Positions 9,014 to 19,869 of a stretch of DNA of 64,000 nucleotides are shown piece by piece. The DNA is from Escherichia phage VerenaGrendelmeier_Bas101, in sequence record PQ850631.1; one strand, 5' to 3'. The stretch's first letter is position 1. Every line of letters starts with the position of its first letter. The position numbers and the translations under genes are program-made. The notes beneath the pieces were generated by a model that was not told where the DNA came from, searched no databases, and worked only from the letters and a program-made list of their open reading frames with translations.

Positions 9014-10153
9014 ATGACTCGCATTAGCCAAACACACTCTCGCCTCCCAGCGAGCAAGGTGCGCCCTTTTGATATGCAATCCGTTACTGACGCGGCTGTT
9101 TCCCAGCTTGCTCGTATCGGTATTGTGTTTGATTCCGCGATTGTGCGTGATCAGATTGAGCACTTAAACCGTGCAGGCGCTTTCCGCGTAGGTGACGCCG
9201 CGTTTACTGCGCCGCAGACTACTCCGTCAATCCCGACCCCGTTGCAATTCCTGCAGCAGTGGCTGCCTGGCTTCGTCAAAATCATGACCGCTGCTCGTAA
9301 AATCGACGAGCTGGTTGGTATTGATACCGTTGGTCAGTGGGAAGATGCAGAAATCGTTCAGGGCATCGTTGAACCAGCTGGCACCGCAGTTGAATATGGT
9401 GATTTCACATCTATTCCTCTGGCAAGCTGGAACGTAAACTTTGAACGTCGTTCTATCGTTCGTGGCGAAATGGGCATGGCAGTTGGTATGCTGGAAGAAG
9501 GCCGCGCATCCGCTATGCGTCTGAACTCCGCAGAAACCAAGCGCCAGCAGGCTGCTGTATCTCTGGAAATCATGCGTAACGCAATCGGCTTCTATGGTTG
9601 GTACAACGGGAACAACCGCACATTCGGCTTCCTGAATGATCCAAACCTGCCAGCAGCGATGACTTCCAACACCACTTCCGGCTGGGCTACTGCGACTTTC
9701 CAACAGGTAACTGCAGACATCCGTTTGATGGTTCGTCAAATTCGTGTGAACTCTCAGGACCAGATTGATCCAGAGAAAGTTGACATGACTCTGGCGCTGC
9801 CGACTAACTCTATCGATTGGCTGTCCAACACCACTGACTTCGGTATTTCTGTACGTGACTGGATCACCCAGACTTATCCGAAGATGAAGATCAAATCTGC
9901 ACCGGAACTCAACGGCGCACTTGGCAGTGACCCGACTTTCTTGAACGTGGCATACCTGTACGCCGATCACATCGATTCCTCAATCGATGGTTCAAGCGAT
10001 GATGGTTCCGTATTCAGTCAGCTGGTTCAAACCAAGTTCATGACTCTGGGCGTTGAAAAGCGTGCTAAGAGCTACGTTGAAGACTACGCAAACGCAACAG
10101 CAGGCGTTCTGCTCAAGCGTCCGTTCGCAGTCGTCCGTATGACTGGTATTTAA
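9014..10153 (+). CDS. putative major capsid protein
   Basis: 379-aa ORF after scaffold-like gene, AGGTG RBS, followed by a strong hairpin; assignment by position and size. Confidence 0.5.
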   Translation: MTRISQTHSRLPASKVRPFDMQSVTDAAVSQLARIGIVFDSAIVRDQIEHLNRAGAFRVGDAAFTAPQTTPSIPTPLQFLQQWLPGFVKIMTAARKIDELVGIDTVGQWEDAEIVQGIVEPAGTAVEYGDFTSIPLASWNVNFERRSIVRGEMGMAVGMLEEGRASAMRLNSAETKRQQAAVSLEIMRNAIGFYGWYNGNNRTFGFLNDPNLPAAMTSNTTSGWATATFQQVTADIRLMVRQIRVNSQDQIDPEKVDMTLALPTNSIDWLSNTTDFGISVRDWITQTYPKMKIKSAPELNGALGSDPTFLNVAYLYADHIDSSIDGSSDDGSVFSQLVQTKFMTLGVEKRAKSYVEDYANATAGVLLKRPFAVVRMTGI

Positions 10154-10178
10154 TTGCTGTGATTACACAGTAAAACAC

Positions 10179-10208
10179 ATGGGGCGTGGTCGAAAGGCTT
10201 CGCCCCAT
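10179..10208 (+). terminator. stem-loop after capsid gene (no clear U-tract)
   Basis: ATGGGGCG / CGCCCCAT 8-bp stem with 14-nt loop, 26 nt after the capsid stop. Confidence 0.3.
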
Positions 10209-10268
10209 ATCAATAGACCTCAAGGGCTGTAGGGGCTTATCTGAGGCTTATATAAATAGGACTACAAA

Positions 10269-10733
10269 ATGTCAAAATACATCGTTTCAACTATGTCTAT
10301 GTCAGTTAACTACACTTTCTATACGGAAGTGAAAGAAAACCCGAATGCAAAAGCTGGTTCAGGCGCTCTTCCAAATATTCGCAAACAGATTCTAATCAAG
10401 GGCGGCGCTGGTCTTACTTCAGCAACTTCCGGCTTTGGTGAAATGGCAAAAGGCGCTGACGGTGCACCTTTGTGGACTCCTGAAGGAATCGTCACCGTTG
10501 TAAGCGATGCAGATTTTGAGCATCTGAAAGATCATCACGTGTTTAAGCAGCATCTTGAAAAAGGTTTGGTGAAAGTCGTAAATCACGACATTGTTGGCAA
10601 CCACAAAGCCGTCGCTAAAGAAGTTCGCAGCATGTCAGACGACCCGTTTGCGCCTATGACGCGCGAAACTGCTGACAAGCGCATCAAGGTAAAATTGAGC
10701 GGCGACCAAGAAGATGATTTGTTCCGCGTTTAA
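10269..10733 (+). CDS. hypothetical virion protein
   Basis: 154-aa ORF in late operon. Confidence 0.45.
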   Translation: MSKYIVSTMSMSVNYTFYTEVKENPNAKAGSGALPNIRKQILIKGGAGLTSATSGFGEMAKGADGAPLWTPEGIVTVVSDADFEHLKDHHVFKQHLEKGLVKVVNHDIVGNHKAVAKEVRSMSDDPFAPMTRETADKRIKVKLSGDQEDDLFRV

Positions 10734-10738
10734 ATAAG

Positions 10739-11203
10739 GTGAATGCCATGTCATTAGATTACGAAAAGTTCAGAATTAAATTTCCACAGTTTGCTGATCA
10801 GGTTAAATTCCCTGACACAACACTTCAAGTATTCTATGACATGGCATGTGAATTTATTGAATCACAAGACAGTCCTTGTCGTGTTTTAAATGGCAGTAAA
10901 TTGGAGCTGGCATTGGAATATATGACGGCTCATCTTTTATGCATAGCCGCAGACCAACAAGTGTCTGTGTCTTCTGGTGACGGAGTTGAACAAGGCGGCT
11001 TCGTGACTGGCGCAACAATTGGTGACATCACAGTGAACAAAGTCGCGCCGCCTGCGAGTGATGGCTGGGAATACTGGCTATCAAGCACTCCATATGGCAT
11101 GGCGCTGTGGGCGCTTCTTCAAGCACTGGCCGTTGGCGGCTTGTCATTCGGCGGTCTTCCAGAGCGTGAAGGATTCCGTAAAATTGGTGGGGTATTCTGG
11201 TGA
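10739..11203 (+). CDS. hypothetical head-tail joining region protein
   Basis: 154-aa ORF, tightly packed. Confidence 0.45.
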   Translation: MNAMSLDYEKFRIKFPQFADQVKFPDTTLQVFYDMACEFIESQDSPCRVLNGSKLELALEYMTAHLLCIAADQQVSVSSGDGVEQGGFVTGATIGDITVNKVAPPASDGWEYWLSSTPYGMALWALLQALAVGGLSFGGLPEREGFRKIGGVFW

Positions 11204-11586
11204 GGATTCCTGGCGTAAACTTATATCGAGTTGCGACAAAGGTTATCGGTCGCCAACCGATTCAATATTACATGTACAAGGGGCGCACCCTTGATAAGAT
11301 GCGCAACTATGTCACTACATATGAAGAACCAATCACTTTACTTGCTTCGGTGCAGGCTGTACTTCGAAACCAATACGTTGAGCTTGGATTAGAGCTTCAA
11401 AAGAACTATGTCAAAATCTGGGTGGACAAAGACATTGTTGACCTTGACCGCGACGCTTCCGGCGACTATTTTGTGTTTGGTGGCAAAACGTACAAGATGG
11501 AAGATGAAACGACATGGTTTGACCAAGATGGTTGGACGTCTTGCCTTGCCGTGGAAGTAAAACAAAGCTTTCCAGTGTCTACTTGA
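11200..11586 (+). CDS. hypothetical head-tail joining region protein
   Basis: 128-aa ORF; GTG start overlapping upstream stop. Confidence 0.4.
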   Translation: MRIPGVNLYRVATKVIGRQPIQYYMYKGRTLDKMRNYVTTYEEPITLLASVQAVLRNQYVELGLELQKNYVKIWVDKDIVDLDRDASGDYFVFGGKTYKMEDETTWFDQDGWTSCLAVEVKQSFPVST

Positions 11587-11587
11587 G

Positions 11588-12169
11588 GTGTATATGACAG
11601 ATGTCGACCTGATTGACATGCTGGCAACGCGAATTGAAGAAGGTCTGGCGGCGTATAGTCGTGCAGACCTTTCTGCTGTTCCGGTCCAGAAAAAATACCA
11701 ACCGACTCAACAGGGCATTCCGACTGGTGATCAGATTTGGTTTAACCTTTTATTCTCAGTTCCATTTGGTTGGTCGATGAGAAAGAATGAATTTGTCAAT
11801 GATGAATCTCAATTCGTTAATGGCAAATTTAAAGATATTGAAGATCAGATATACGCAACACGTTTTCAAATTAGCGGTTTATTTCCAGAAGTCCCTGGCG
11901 ATCCAGAAAAGCCTACGGCTAATGACGTTTTGACTTATTTAGCAAGATTCATAACCCACAAGGCTAATTTGAGAGATTGGTTTAAAAAGCATCAAGCTTC
12001 AGTATATAGAGTCGACATGAACAACAATGAAAAGTTCTATGACGACATGTCGCAATTTGAATCGTTTCCTTCTTTTGATTTGGTAATCCTTCACAGAAAC
12101 GCAATTTCAATTGACACGCCTGCTGTTGCAAGAGCTGTTAATAACGATTTAGGCGATATTCCGGTGTGA
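11588..12169 (+). CDS. hypothetical head-tail joining region protein
   Basis: 193-aa ORF. Confidence 0.45.
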   Translation: MYMTDVDLIDMLATRIEEGLAAYSRADLSAVPVQKKYQPTQQGIPTGDQIWFNLLFSVPFGWSMRKNEFVNDESQFVNGKFKDIEDQIYATRFQISGLFPEVPGDPEKPTANDVLTYLARFITHKANLRDWFKKHQASVYRVDMNNNEKFYDDMSQFESFPSFDLVILHRNAISIDTPAVARAVNNDLGDIPV

Positions 12170-12170
12170 T

Positions 12171-12656
12171 ATGACAAAATCAAAAATGATAGAAAAACAG
12201 ATAAAGGCGCTTCAATCGATGAAGGGTCTTACTGTAGAGGCAGGATGGTTTGATTCTACCAGATACCCTTCAGAAACTGGTGGAGAAGGGATGTTGGTGT
12301 CAGAAGTCGCGCGGCTTAATGAATTTGGTCACATAGCCGTTTTGAACTTTGGACAAGGTCCAGTCAGGGTAGAAGTGCCACCCAGACCATTCATGAGATA
12401 TGCCTATGAATTATTCGTTAGTGAGCGCAGTGAAATAGAGAATAAAATTGCTAAAAAGATTTTTTCCGGTAAAATAGACGCTAGACAGGCATTAGGTCAG
12501 ATTGGGCTTGCGATGGAAGCAAAGATTGTCGAATCAATTAAAAACGGACCGTGGCAGCCAAACGCCAGATATACTGTACGTGTGAAGGGATTCGACAAAC
12601 CTTTGATTCACACCAGCCTCATGTGGCAATCTGTCAGCAGCCAAGTCATTAAATAA
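12171..12656 (+). CDS. hypothetical tail completion-like protein
   Basis: 161-aa ORF preceding sheath-like gene. Confidence 0.4.
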   Translation: MTKSKMIEKQIKALQSMKGLTVEAGWFDSTRYPSETGGEGMLVSEVARLNEFGHIAVLNFGQGPVRVEVPPRPFMRYAYELFVSERSEIENKIAKKIFSGKIDARQALGQIGLAMEAKIVESIKNGPWQPNARYTVRVKGFDKPLIHTSLMWQSVSSQVIK

Positions 12657-12668
12657 GAGGACACCGAC

Positions 12669-14207
12669 GTGATCAGTCAATCTCGTTATATTAAAATTGT
12701 ATCAGGGGTCGGAGCAGGCGCGGCTGTTGCAGTTCGCAAACTGTCGCTTCGCATCATGACTTCCAATACAGTCCTGCCGCCGGGCATTGTAGCAGAATTT
12801 TCAACTGCTGATGCCGTTGGATCATATTTCGGTTTTTCTTCCGAAGAATACAAGCGTGCAGCATTGTATTTTGGATTCATCAGCAAGCAAATCAACTCGC
12901 CTGATTCAATCAGCTTTTCTCGCGTTGTATCCACGGCGATTCCTGCAATGGTTATCGGCGATACTGAGCCTAAAACGCTTGCTACTTTTCAGGCATTCAC
13001 TGGCGCTATCTTAAGCATCACTTATGACGGCACAGACTACCTGACTGACGCCATCAACCTTTCAGCGGCAACAAGCCTTGCCAACGTAGCGGAACTTTTG
13101 GAAACGGCAATCAACACCAAGTTTGCAGCCGAAGGTGGCACGTCGGTGCCTGCACTTGCTGATGCAGAAGTGTATTGGAATGCCAACACCCAGCAGTTCA
13201 CTTTGGAAGCCGCTACGTCGACCGCTGGTGCTGGAAACCTTTCGATTAACGTCACAGGTCAACCGACAGACCCATCTCAGGCGCTTGGTTGGACGACTAC
13301 TGGCACCGTTACGGTTGCTGGCCAGGGTGTAGCAAGTCCGGTAGAAGCCATCGCGGCATCTGTGGAGATTTCCAACAACTTTGGCTCATTCCTTTTCGCT
13401 GGAGCAGACCGAACGCTGGAAGAAATCACAGCCGTTGCAGCTTGGACTCACTCGCAGAACAATATGTACATGTATCTGTTCTCGACTGCATTCGCCAACA
13501 TTGGCTCATACTATACCGCACTGAAAGGTTACTCAGGCGTTGGTATGATGATCCGTGCAACCAACCTTGCGAATGATTACATCGACCAGGCACCTGCTGA
13601 AATTCTCGCGGCGACAAACTATAATACTGTAAATGCAACTCAAAACTACATGTACTATCAGTTTGACACGCGAAATGTTACTGTATCGACTGATTCACGC
13701 GCAGATACTGCTGATCAAAACCGTGCAAACTATATCGGCGCTACTCAGCAAGCTGGTCAAACGCTCGCGTTCTTCCAGCGTGGTGTTCTGATGGGCGGGT
13801 CTACCGCAGCAGTTGACATGAACACTTATGCCAACGAGATGTGGCTTAAATCTGCTATTACTTCTCAGCTGTTCAGCATGTTCTTGAATCTTGGTCGCGT
13901 GCCTGCAAACGAAGAAGGCAAAGCGACTGTCCAAGCCATGATTCAAGTTGCTGTTGACAATGCGAAGGTTAACGGCACCATCTCTGTCGGTAAGGCGCTG
14001 ACGGAAATTCAGAAACAGTACATCACGCAAACCTCCGGTGACAACACTGCTTGGCGGCAGGTTGAGACTATCGGTTATTGGTTGACTGTCGATTTTGACA
14101 CTGAAACCACTTCCGATAACCGCACCGAATACTATGCAACATACACGCTAATCTACTCTAAAGATGATGCTGTGCGTCGCGTTGAAGGTCGTGACGTTCT
14201 TATTTAA
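12669..14207 (+). CDS. putative tail sheath protein
   Basis: 512-aa ORF immediately upstream of tube-like gene; assignment by order and size. Confidence 0.45.
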   Translation: MISQSRYIKIVSGVGAGAAVAVRKLSLRIMTSNTVLPPGIVAEFSTADAVGSYFGFSSEEYKRAALYFGFISKQINSPDSISFSRVVSTAIPAMVIGDTEPKTLATFQAFTGAILSITYDGTDYLTDAINLSAATSLANVAELLETAINTKFAAEGGTSVPALADAEVYWNANTQQFTLEAATSTAGAGNLSINVTGQPTDPSQALGWTTTGTVTVAGQGVASPVEAIAASVEISNNFGSFLFAGADRTLEEITAVAAWTHSQNNMYMYLFSTAFANIGSYYTALKGYSGVGMMIRATNLANDYIDQAPAEILAATNYNTVNATQNYMYYQFDTRNVTVSTDSRADTADQNRANYIGATQQAGQTLAFFQRGVLMGGSTAAVDMNTYANEMWLKSAITSQLFSMFLNLGRVPANEEGKATVQAMIQVAVDNAKVNGTISVGKALTEIQKQYITQTSGDNTAWRQVETIGYWLTVDFDTETTSDNRTEYYATYTLIYSKDDAVRRVEGRDVLI

Positions 14208-14254
14208 ATAATTGCCGCCGTAACTGGCGGCCATCTCTCTGAGAGGAATCTGTA

Positions 14255-14722
14255 ATGATTAACGTTTCCGGTTTTGGCGCTTCGATTCGTTTGGTAGCAT
14301 CAAACACTTTCCCTAATGGTGTGACCCTTTCTGATTTTGCAGATGATGCTGATCCGATTGACGCGCCGGACCTGCAAATCTCTGAGGCTGCAATGGGCCT
14401 TAACGGTGACTTAGTAGTGTGGAACCGTGCAAACCCGCTTGAAGTAGGTGTGAACATCATCCCTACTTCTGAAAGTGATGTTAACTTGGACGTTCTTGCA
14501 GCTGCAAACCGCGTAGGCAAGCGCAAGAACTCCGCAAAAGACGTGATCACACTTGTGCTGACTTATCCTTCTGGAATGGTTATCACGCTAAACAAAGGCA
14601 CCTTGACAACTGGTTCAGTAATTCCTGGCATCCAGTCTCAAGGTCGTGTGAAAACACGTCAATATCGCTTCAAGTTTGAGAACGTAGTCAAAACTGGCGT
14701 GAGCAACCAAGAGATTTTATAA
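14255..14722 (+). CDS. putative tail tube protein
   Basis: 155 aa, N-terminus MINVSGFGASIRLVA; homologous to 15673..16170. Confidence 0.45.
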   Translation: MINVSGFGASIRLVASNTFPNGVTLSDFADDADPIDAPDLQISEAAMGLNGDLVVWNRANPLEVGVNIIPTSESDVNLDVLAAANRVGKRKNSAKDVITLVLTYPSGMVITLNKGTLTTGSVIPGIQSQGRVKTRQYRFKFENVVKTGVSNQEIL

Positions 14723-15051
14723 TGTATCAAATACCACTTGACAGCGTACCTAACCAGAATATCAGCTTTAACGTTGACGGTGCATATTGGCAGTTGCACA
14801 TTTTTGCCGCTATCGAGCATATGTGTGCCGACGTATATCGCAATGGTGAACTTTTGATTCAAGGGGTGCGCTGTTTTGGTGGTATCCCAATGGTGCCTTA
14901 TAAGTATCTCATGATTGGGTACGGTAATTTCATTTTCGACAGCGTACCTGATTATGAAAGGTTTAACTCAGGCGGCTGTAATCTATATTACATGTCAGAA
15001 TCTGAGTTGGCTGAATTCCAGGCCACTGCTGAAGCGGAGTTTGCAATTTGA
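14722..15051 (+). CDS. hypothetical tail protein
   Basis: 109-aa ORF, start/stop coupled. Confidence 0.4.
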   Translation: MYQIPLDSVPNQNISFNVDGAYWQLHIFAAIEHMCADVYRNGELLIQGVRCFGGIPMVPYKYLMIGYGNFIFDSVPDYERFNSGGCNLYYMSESELAEFQATAEAEFAI

Positions 15052-15404
15052 CAACTCTAACCATTGAAGTGAACGAAAATAATGACCTTTTTCTACCTGA
15101 TGGAAGAAACTTAAATATTCTTTCAGGAGAAAAAGCGATGGTGCAAGTAATCAAGGCCGCGCATCAGATGCGACTTGGTGAAGACTTGTACGATATAGAA
15201 AACGGGGTCGATTATTTGGGGACCGTTTTCAAGTCGCCCGTTGACGAAGACGGTGCGCGAAAGTCGATTGCAGATGCTATTCTGAAGAAAGCAGACGTTG
15301 CCGGAATCGACTCATTGACTGTCACCATCCAAAACGGTATCCTTGGATTCACTGCAGAAGTGGTGACTATTTATGGCGAACGTATAAAGGTGAGTAATCA
15401 ATAA
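15048..15404 (+). CDS. hypothetical tail protein
   Basis: 118-aa ORF. Confidence 0.4.
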   Translation: MTTLTIEVNENNDLFLPDGRNLNILSGEKAMVQVIKAAHQMRLGEDLYDIENGVDYLGTVFKSPVDEDGARKSIADAILKKADVAGIDSLTVTIQNGILGFTAEVVTIYGERIKVSNQ

Positions 15405-15670
15405 TGGCACAAGTAATTCATTTTGCAAATGGCGTCATGAAATTTGGCGAAAAATTTGAAGACGCATCAGAGCTGTTTAATAAGAAGGTTGAGCCTGTTA
15501 CAGAAATCAAAGAGCAGGTCGAAGAAAAGTCCGTTGAACAAAAACTCGATTTTGATTCCATGAGCGTTTCAGAATTGAAGTCTTATGCCAAAGAAAATGG
15601 CATAGACATCAAGGGTCTTTCTTATAAGGATGAAATTCTTGCTGCAGTTAAATCTGCATCTGCGGAGTAA
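15404..15670 (+). CDS. hypothetical tail protein
   Basis: 88-aa ORF. Confidence 0.4.
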   Translation: MAQVIHFANGVMKFGEKFEDASELFNKKVEPVTEIKEQVEEKSVEQKLDFDSMSVSELKSYAKENGIDIKGLSYKDEILAAVKSASAE

Positions 15671-15672
15671 AC

Positions 15673-16170
15673 ATGGTCAATATTAGTGGATTTGGCACAA
15701 GCATTAGAATTGTCGCTCTTCAATCTTTTCCTGTTGGGCTGAATATCAGTTCTTTGTCTGATGACCAGGATTCGCTAATTATTGAGGAAGTTGAATCAGT
15801 AGGTTATCAACTTACTTACGACGGCGGCATTTGCATATACGACAAAGCCGCCGTCGTTCGCGTATCCATTGCGGTCATTCCAAACACTGAAGATGACATA
15901 AATCTTAAGCTTTTATTATCTGCCCGTAAAGGTGGATTCAAGTGGTTGCCAATTCAGGATGTGACATCAATGCTTATTACATATCCTGACGGTGGAAGGG
16001 TGGCATTCTCTAACGGAACAATAATCAGCGGTCCGCTTGGTGACTCCATAGAGCAATCAGGCCGTCGCAAGACAAACCGATACACATTTGTGTTTGCCAG
16101 CTACGGCGGCGCGCAGAGCACGTCTCAAATTGCCAAGGGCGTGGTGCAGAGCATATTGGGGTCCATTTAA
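15673..16170 (+). CDS. tail tube paralog (possible tube initiator)
   Basis: 165 aa; N-terminus MVNISGFGTSIRIVA and later ITYPDGG align with 14255..14722. Confidence 0.45.
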   Translation: MVNISGFGTSIRIVALQSFPVGLNISSLSDDQDSLIIEEVESVGYQLTYDGGICIYDKAAVVRVSIAVIPNTEDDINLKLLLSARKGGFKWLPIQDVTSMLITYPDGGRVAFSNGTIISGPLGDSIEQSGRRKTNRYTFVFASYGGAQSTSQIAKGVVQSILGSI

Positions 16171-16703
16171 TGGCTATCGATTTACTGTCATATAGTCTAT
16201 CAAACAGAAGCTTCACGATAAAGAGCTTCAACCTTGGAGAAGTATCCACGCTTGGATGGGCCATAGTCAACGTCAAAATAAGACTCCAAGCGAAGATATT
16301 CAAAAACCAAAGGGAAGACGGCAGCTATATTGTCGATGGCAGAGTAAAGATGCCGCGAATACTCACTGTCACCGTGATAGCGCAAACGAAAAGTGCATCA
16401 GATGCAATAGCTAAAATGCTGCAAAACAGGTCGACTATATACACAATTAATTCCCGTGGTCTAATATTCGAACGTATGGTGCTGCAAAATAACAACTTCA
16501 GCCAGGACGCTGACAATATAACGTCTCAGCCCATACAATTGGTCTTCCATGAGATATTAACACAGCAGGATGTGTCTATTCAAACAGCGCAGGCAGGCGA
16601 CTCAACAGTAATAGAGCGCGGCATTGCATACATAAAAGAAACTTCTGCCAGCGTCACTGGCGTCGCTACAAAGGTGATGAATGGTATCAAGGGGATGTTC
16701 TGA
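16170..16703 (+). CDS. hypothetical tail protein
   Basis: 177-aa ORF. Confidence 0.4.
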   Translation: MAIDLLSYSLSNRSFTIKSFNLGEVSTLGWAIVNVKIRLQAKIFKNQREDGSYIVDGRVKMPRILTVTVIAQTKSASDAIAKMLQNRSTIYTINSRGLIFERMVLQNNNFSQDADNITSQPIQLVFHEILTQQDVSIQTAQAGDSTVIERGIAYIKETSASVTGVATKVMNGIKGMF

Positions 16704-17263
16704 TGGACTTCGTTTCGATTCTGCTTTCTGGTCAATCTTTGACCATAACGAATGAGTCAACAGGTCTTCCTGTCTGGACAAGGCTTTCACCTGTTTCTGC
16801 AGAAATAACATCCCCAGCAGAAACAACTCAATTCCCTCTTGCTGGTACAGCCATGCAGGTTGTCGAAGTATCAAGCACGTCATCAGTAAGCAATTTACAG
16901 GCGGCAAAGGTTGTAATGCCAGCCCATATGGCGTTAAACGTAATTTGCAATGACCAGTCTACAATTGAAAATATCATAAATTCATTTGATGATGACGAAG
17001 TCACATTTTCAATAACTTCACGAAGCATCATTGCCAGTAAAATGTCGATGTCCGACGTTGAAATAACCCAGTCAGAAGAAAACTTGAATGGAGTCTCAAT
17101 AGTAATAACCTTCGAGCAAACGTCATTTAGCATTCAAGGAAGCTTCGACCCTAAACAATCTGCAGACGAATCATCAAATGGTGTTGCTATTAAAGAACCA
17201 GTCAGTTTGACTACAACTGTGAGTTCGTTATATAATAAAATAAAATCAACAGTAGGAATATAA
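16703..17263 (+). CDS. hypothetical tail protein
   Basis: 186-aa ORF. Confidence 0.4.
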   Translation: MDFVSILLSGQSLTITNESTGLPVWTRLSPVSAEITSPAETTQFPLAGTAMQVVEVSSTSSVSNLQAAKVVMPAHMALNVICNDQSTIENIINSFDDDEVTFSITSRSIIASKMSMSDVEITQSEENLNGVSIVITFEQTSFSIQGSFDPKQSADESSNGVAIKEPVSLTTTVSSLYNKIKSTVGI

Positions 17264-17264
17264 A

Positions 17265-17681
17265 ATGAAGATCACCAACAAACAAACTGGTCGTACAGTA
17301 GAAATTAAAATCAGCAAAATGACTGCGATGGAAGGCTGGAATATTCAGCGTCGCTTTGTCGAATTTGCAATGTCGAAAGACCCTGCTTTTCGTTCAGAGT
17401 ATACGATGGAAGTGTTGAGCTTCGCAAAAGTCGAGCTTGATGTGGGCCAAGAAATCCCATTAAGTACTGGTGCACTAATTGACAACCATCTTGGTGACTG
17501 GGAAAACCTTAAAGAAGTCTTCGAAGCAGTCCTCATGGAGAACGGTATAAACCCAGATACTCACGCCGAGCGTGAAGGCTACTGGGAACAAGCTGGCGGC
17601 GAAATGGCTGCAGCATTCATCGGCGAATCGATGCGATTAATCGCGCCATTCCTCAGCGGCGAGACTCCAAACAAGGGGTAA
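17265..17681 (+). CDS. putative tail assembly chaperone
   Basis: 138-aa ORF immediately upstream of tape measure gene; by position only. Confidence 0.35.
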   Translation: MKITNKQTGRTVEIKISKMTAMEGWNIQRRFVEFAMSKDPAFRSEYTMEVLSFAKVELDVGQEIPLSTGALIDNHLGDWENLKEVFEAVLMENGINPDTHAEREGYWEQAGGEMAAAFIGESMRLIAPFLSGETPNKG

Positions 17682-17684
17682 ACT

Positions 17685-19865
17685 GTGTCTGACTCATTAG
17701 AAAAATTTGTGCTTCAATATACGGTGGACTTGAAAGAGTCCATCAATCGTCTTGAGCAATTGCAAGATAAGGTTGATCAGACAAACAAAAAGGCGAAATC
17801 CGCTGGCAAAGATTTCTCTGGAGCATTCAAAGATGTTTTTGGCGAGCTAAAGCCGCTTACTGGTGAGCTAGGGTCAATTGACGGAATACTTGCGCGGCTG
17901 ACATATCGTTTTGCCGCGCTCGTTCCTGTTGTCGCAGGATTGGCCGTCGTCGTCAAATCCATCGTTGATGTTCGAAAAGAATACGAAGCGCAAAGAAAGC
18001 TTGGTTTTGAAGCCGGACTCTCTCCAATGGGCGTCGAACAACTACAACGACAGTTGAATGAAAGTTCAGGTGGCATCCTTGGCGCACAGGGGTCGCGCGA
18101 TTTAATCAGCAAAGCTTCTAATCTGGCATTCAATGCATACACCAACCCCGATGTGATGAACAAGGACAACTTGTTGTTGAACAAGATGGGGACAAGTCCT
18201 TTCAACAGTAACGGCGGCATCAAAGACACGAATCAGCTGCTTGATGAAATTGGAACAAAGCTGAGAAGTGTGAATGAGCAAACCGCTCGTGCTATTGGTG
18301 CTCTGGCAGGTTTTACCGCCGATGAAGTCCGCGCCCTTCGCGAGCGCAACCAGTCTGTGAAAGAAAGCACACGCATAAGCGATGAGGAAACGGCAAAGCT
18401 GCAGCGCCAACAAGCTGCTCTTGAGACTATACGAAATAGTATGGGGCAAATTCAAGAAGATTGGCGGCGTATTGAACTGGTTATCGGTGAAAACGTTATG
18501 CCTGCATTCTCGACGCTTGTCAGCAAGACCGCCGATACAGTCGAAGGATTCCAGATGATGTTCCAAAGAATGTCTGACGGATGGAGCGAATTTGTCGACA
18601 ATTTCATCGCTGACTTGAAACACCCGTTTGATAAACAGGCGGCTGTTAACGAGCGTCACGAGCGTGCCGTTGATAGATGGATCACGCAGATGGCCGAAGG
18701 CGATGTGAAACGCCAGAGGAACCAGGAGCAAAACGCTGCTGAACAACGCTCTGCACAGGCTCTTTTTACTCGCGATATCAACCTGTTTTCAAGTGCCGTT
18801 TCAACCTTTGCTGGCGTGATTGATGAGCGTCAAGCTTGGGCGGCATGGGCAGGTGAAATCGGGCGCAGCGCAGGGCAATCCGCGATGCCTGGAACACCAG
18901 CATTGAATACTGGCGCGACCGTAGGGAATAATCTTGGGTCAGGGAATCCGACAGCATATGACTCAATATATGAGGAAGCTTCAAAACGCTATGGCATACC
19001 TGTAGCGATGATGAAGGCTGTAACTGAAGTCGAATCTGGATTCAATCCAAATGCTGTGAGCGGAGCAGGCGCGACTGGTTTGATGCAAATCATGCCTTCT
19101 AACTTCAAGGGTCTTGGAATAACAGATGGTAATGATCCTCGACAAAACATTATGGGCGGCGCTCAACTTTTGAAAGAGTATCTGAACGCCGCCAACGGCG
19201 ATTGGAATCTTGCGCTGACGATGTATCACGGCGGCTACGACCGAAGCGGCTGGGGCAAGAACACACGCGCGTATCCTGGAAAGGTGATGGCCGCTCTCGC
19301 CCGACAATCCAATGGCGAGTATGCCACGACAGCGCCGCAAGGTGCACCAGTTACTCCAGTACTTAGCGGTAGCGGAGCGGAAGCGCCAAAGGGCCGTTAT
19401 GCACCAGTACAAGGTCAATCGCGCCAAACGGTGCAATACAGGCAATTGCAAGAAGCCATTGCAGGATACCTGAACGTACCAGTTGAGCAGTTGATGCAGG
19501 GACAAGTCAACAAAGGTGATATTGACTTTGCTCAAACTTACCTTAAGCTTGGCACGCAAAGGGATTATATTAAAAACATGCAACTGGCTTCAACTCCAGG
19601 TGTAAGACCGAACATTCAAGCCGAAGCTATGAAAAACGCTCGTCTTGCTGCATTCCAACTTGAAGCATTCCAGAAATACGGCGGCGACCTTTCCGCGAAT
19701 AGTCGACCTGGTGGGCGTGATATTACTATGGGTCAGAAAAACGTTGTCATCAACATCAACGGCGCTCAAGACCCACGCAGCACGGCATTCGAAACGAAAC
19801 GAGTGCTTGAACAAGATGATATCAACGACATAAACAACCTTACTGCTACACCTTTGAAGTGGTGA
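17685..19865 (+). CDS. tape measure protein with lytic transglycosylase (SLT-like) domain
   Basis: 726 aa; coiled-coil-like N-terminal half; VESGFNPNAVSGAGATGLMQIMPSNF...GGAQLLKEYL resembles SLT active-site region. Confidence 0.65.
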   Translation: MSDSLEKFVLQYTVDLKESINRLEQLQDKVDQTNKKAKSAGKDFSGAFKDVFGELKPLTGELGSIDGILARLTYRFAALVPVVAGLAVVVKSIVDVRKEYEAQRKLGFEAGLSPMGVEQLQRQLNESSGGILGAQGSRDLISKASNLAFNAYTNPDVMNKDNLLLNKMGTSPFNSNGGIKDTNQLLDEIGTKLRSVNEQTARAIGALAGFTADEVRALRERNQSVKESTRISDEETAKLQRQQAALETIRNSMGQIQEDWRRIELVIGENVMPAFSTLVSKTADTVEGFQMMFQRMSDGWSEFVDNFIADLKHPFDKQAAVNERHERAVDRWITQMAEGDVKRQRNQEQNAAEQRSAQALFTRDINLFSSAVSTFAGVIDERQAWAAWAGEIGRSAGQSAMPGTPALNTGATVGNNLGSGNPTAYDSIYEEASKRYGIPVAMMKAVTEVESGFNPNAVSGAGATGLMQIMPSNFKGLGITDGNDPRQNIMGGAQLLKEYLNAANGDWNLALTMYHGGYDRSGWGKNTRAYPGKVMAALARQSNGEYATTAPQGAPVTPVLSGSGAEAPKGRYAPVQGQSRQTVQYRQLQEAIAGYLNVPVEQLMQGQVNKGDIDFAQTYLKLGTQRDYIKNMQLASTPGVRPNIQAEAMKNARLAAFQLEAFQKYGGDLSANSRPGGRDITMGQKNVVININGAQDPRSTAFETKRVLEQDDINDINNLTATPLKW

Positions 19866-19869
19866 TAAT

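Noticed and set aside
9227-9970. 247-aa minus-strand ORF inside the capsid gene, and similar long ORFs inside the polymerase and tape measure genes
   Set aside because: They sit wholly within better-supported genes on the opposite strand, lack ribosome-binding sites and have Cys/His/Arg-rich shadow composition.
17265-17700. Programmed -1 frameshift in the tail assembly chaperone upstream of the tape measure gene
   Set aside because: No slippery heptamer or extended alternative frame was found between the chaperone-like ORF and the tape measure start.
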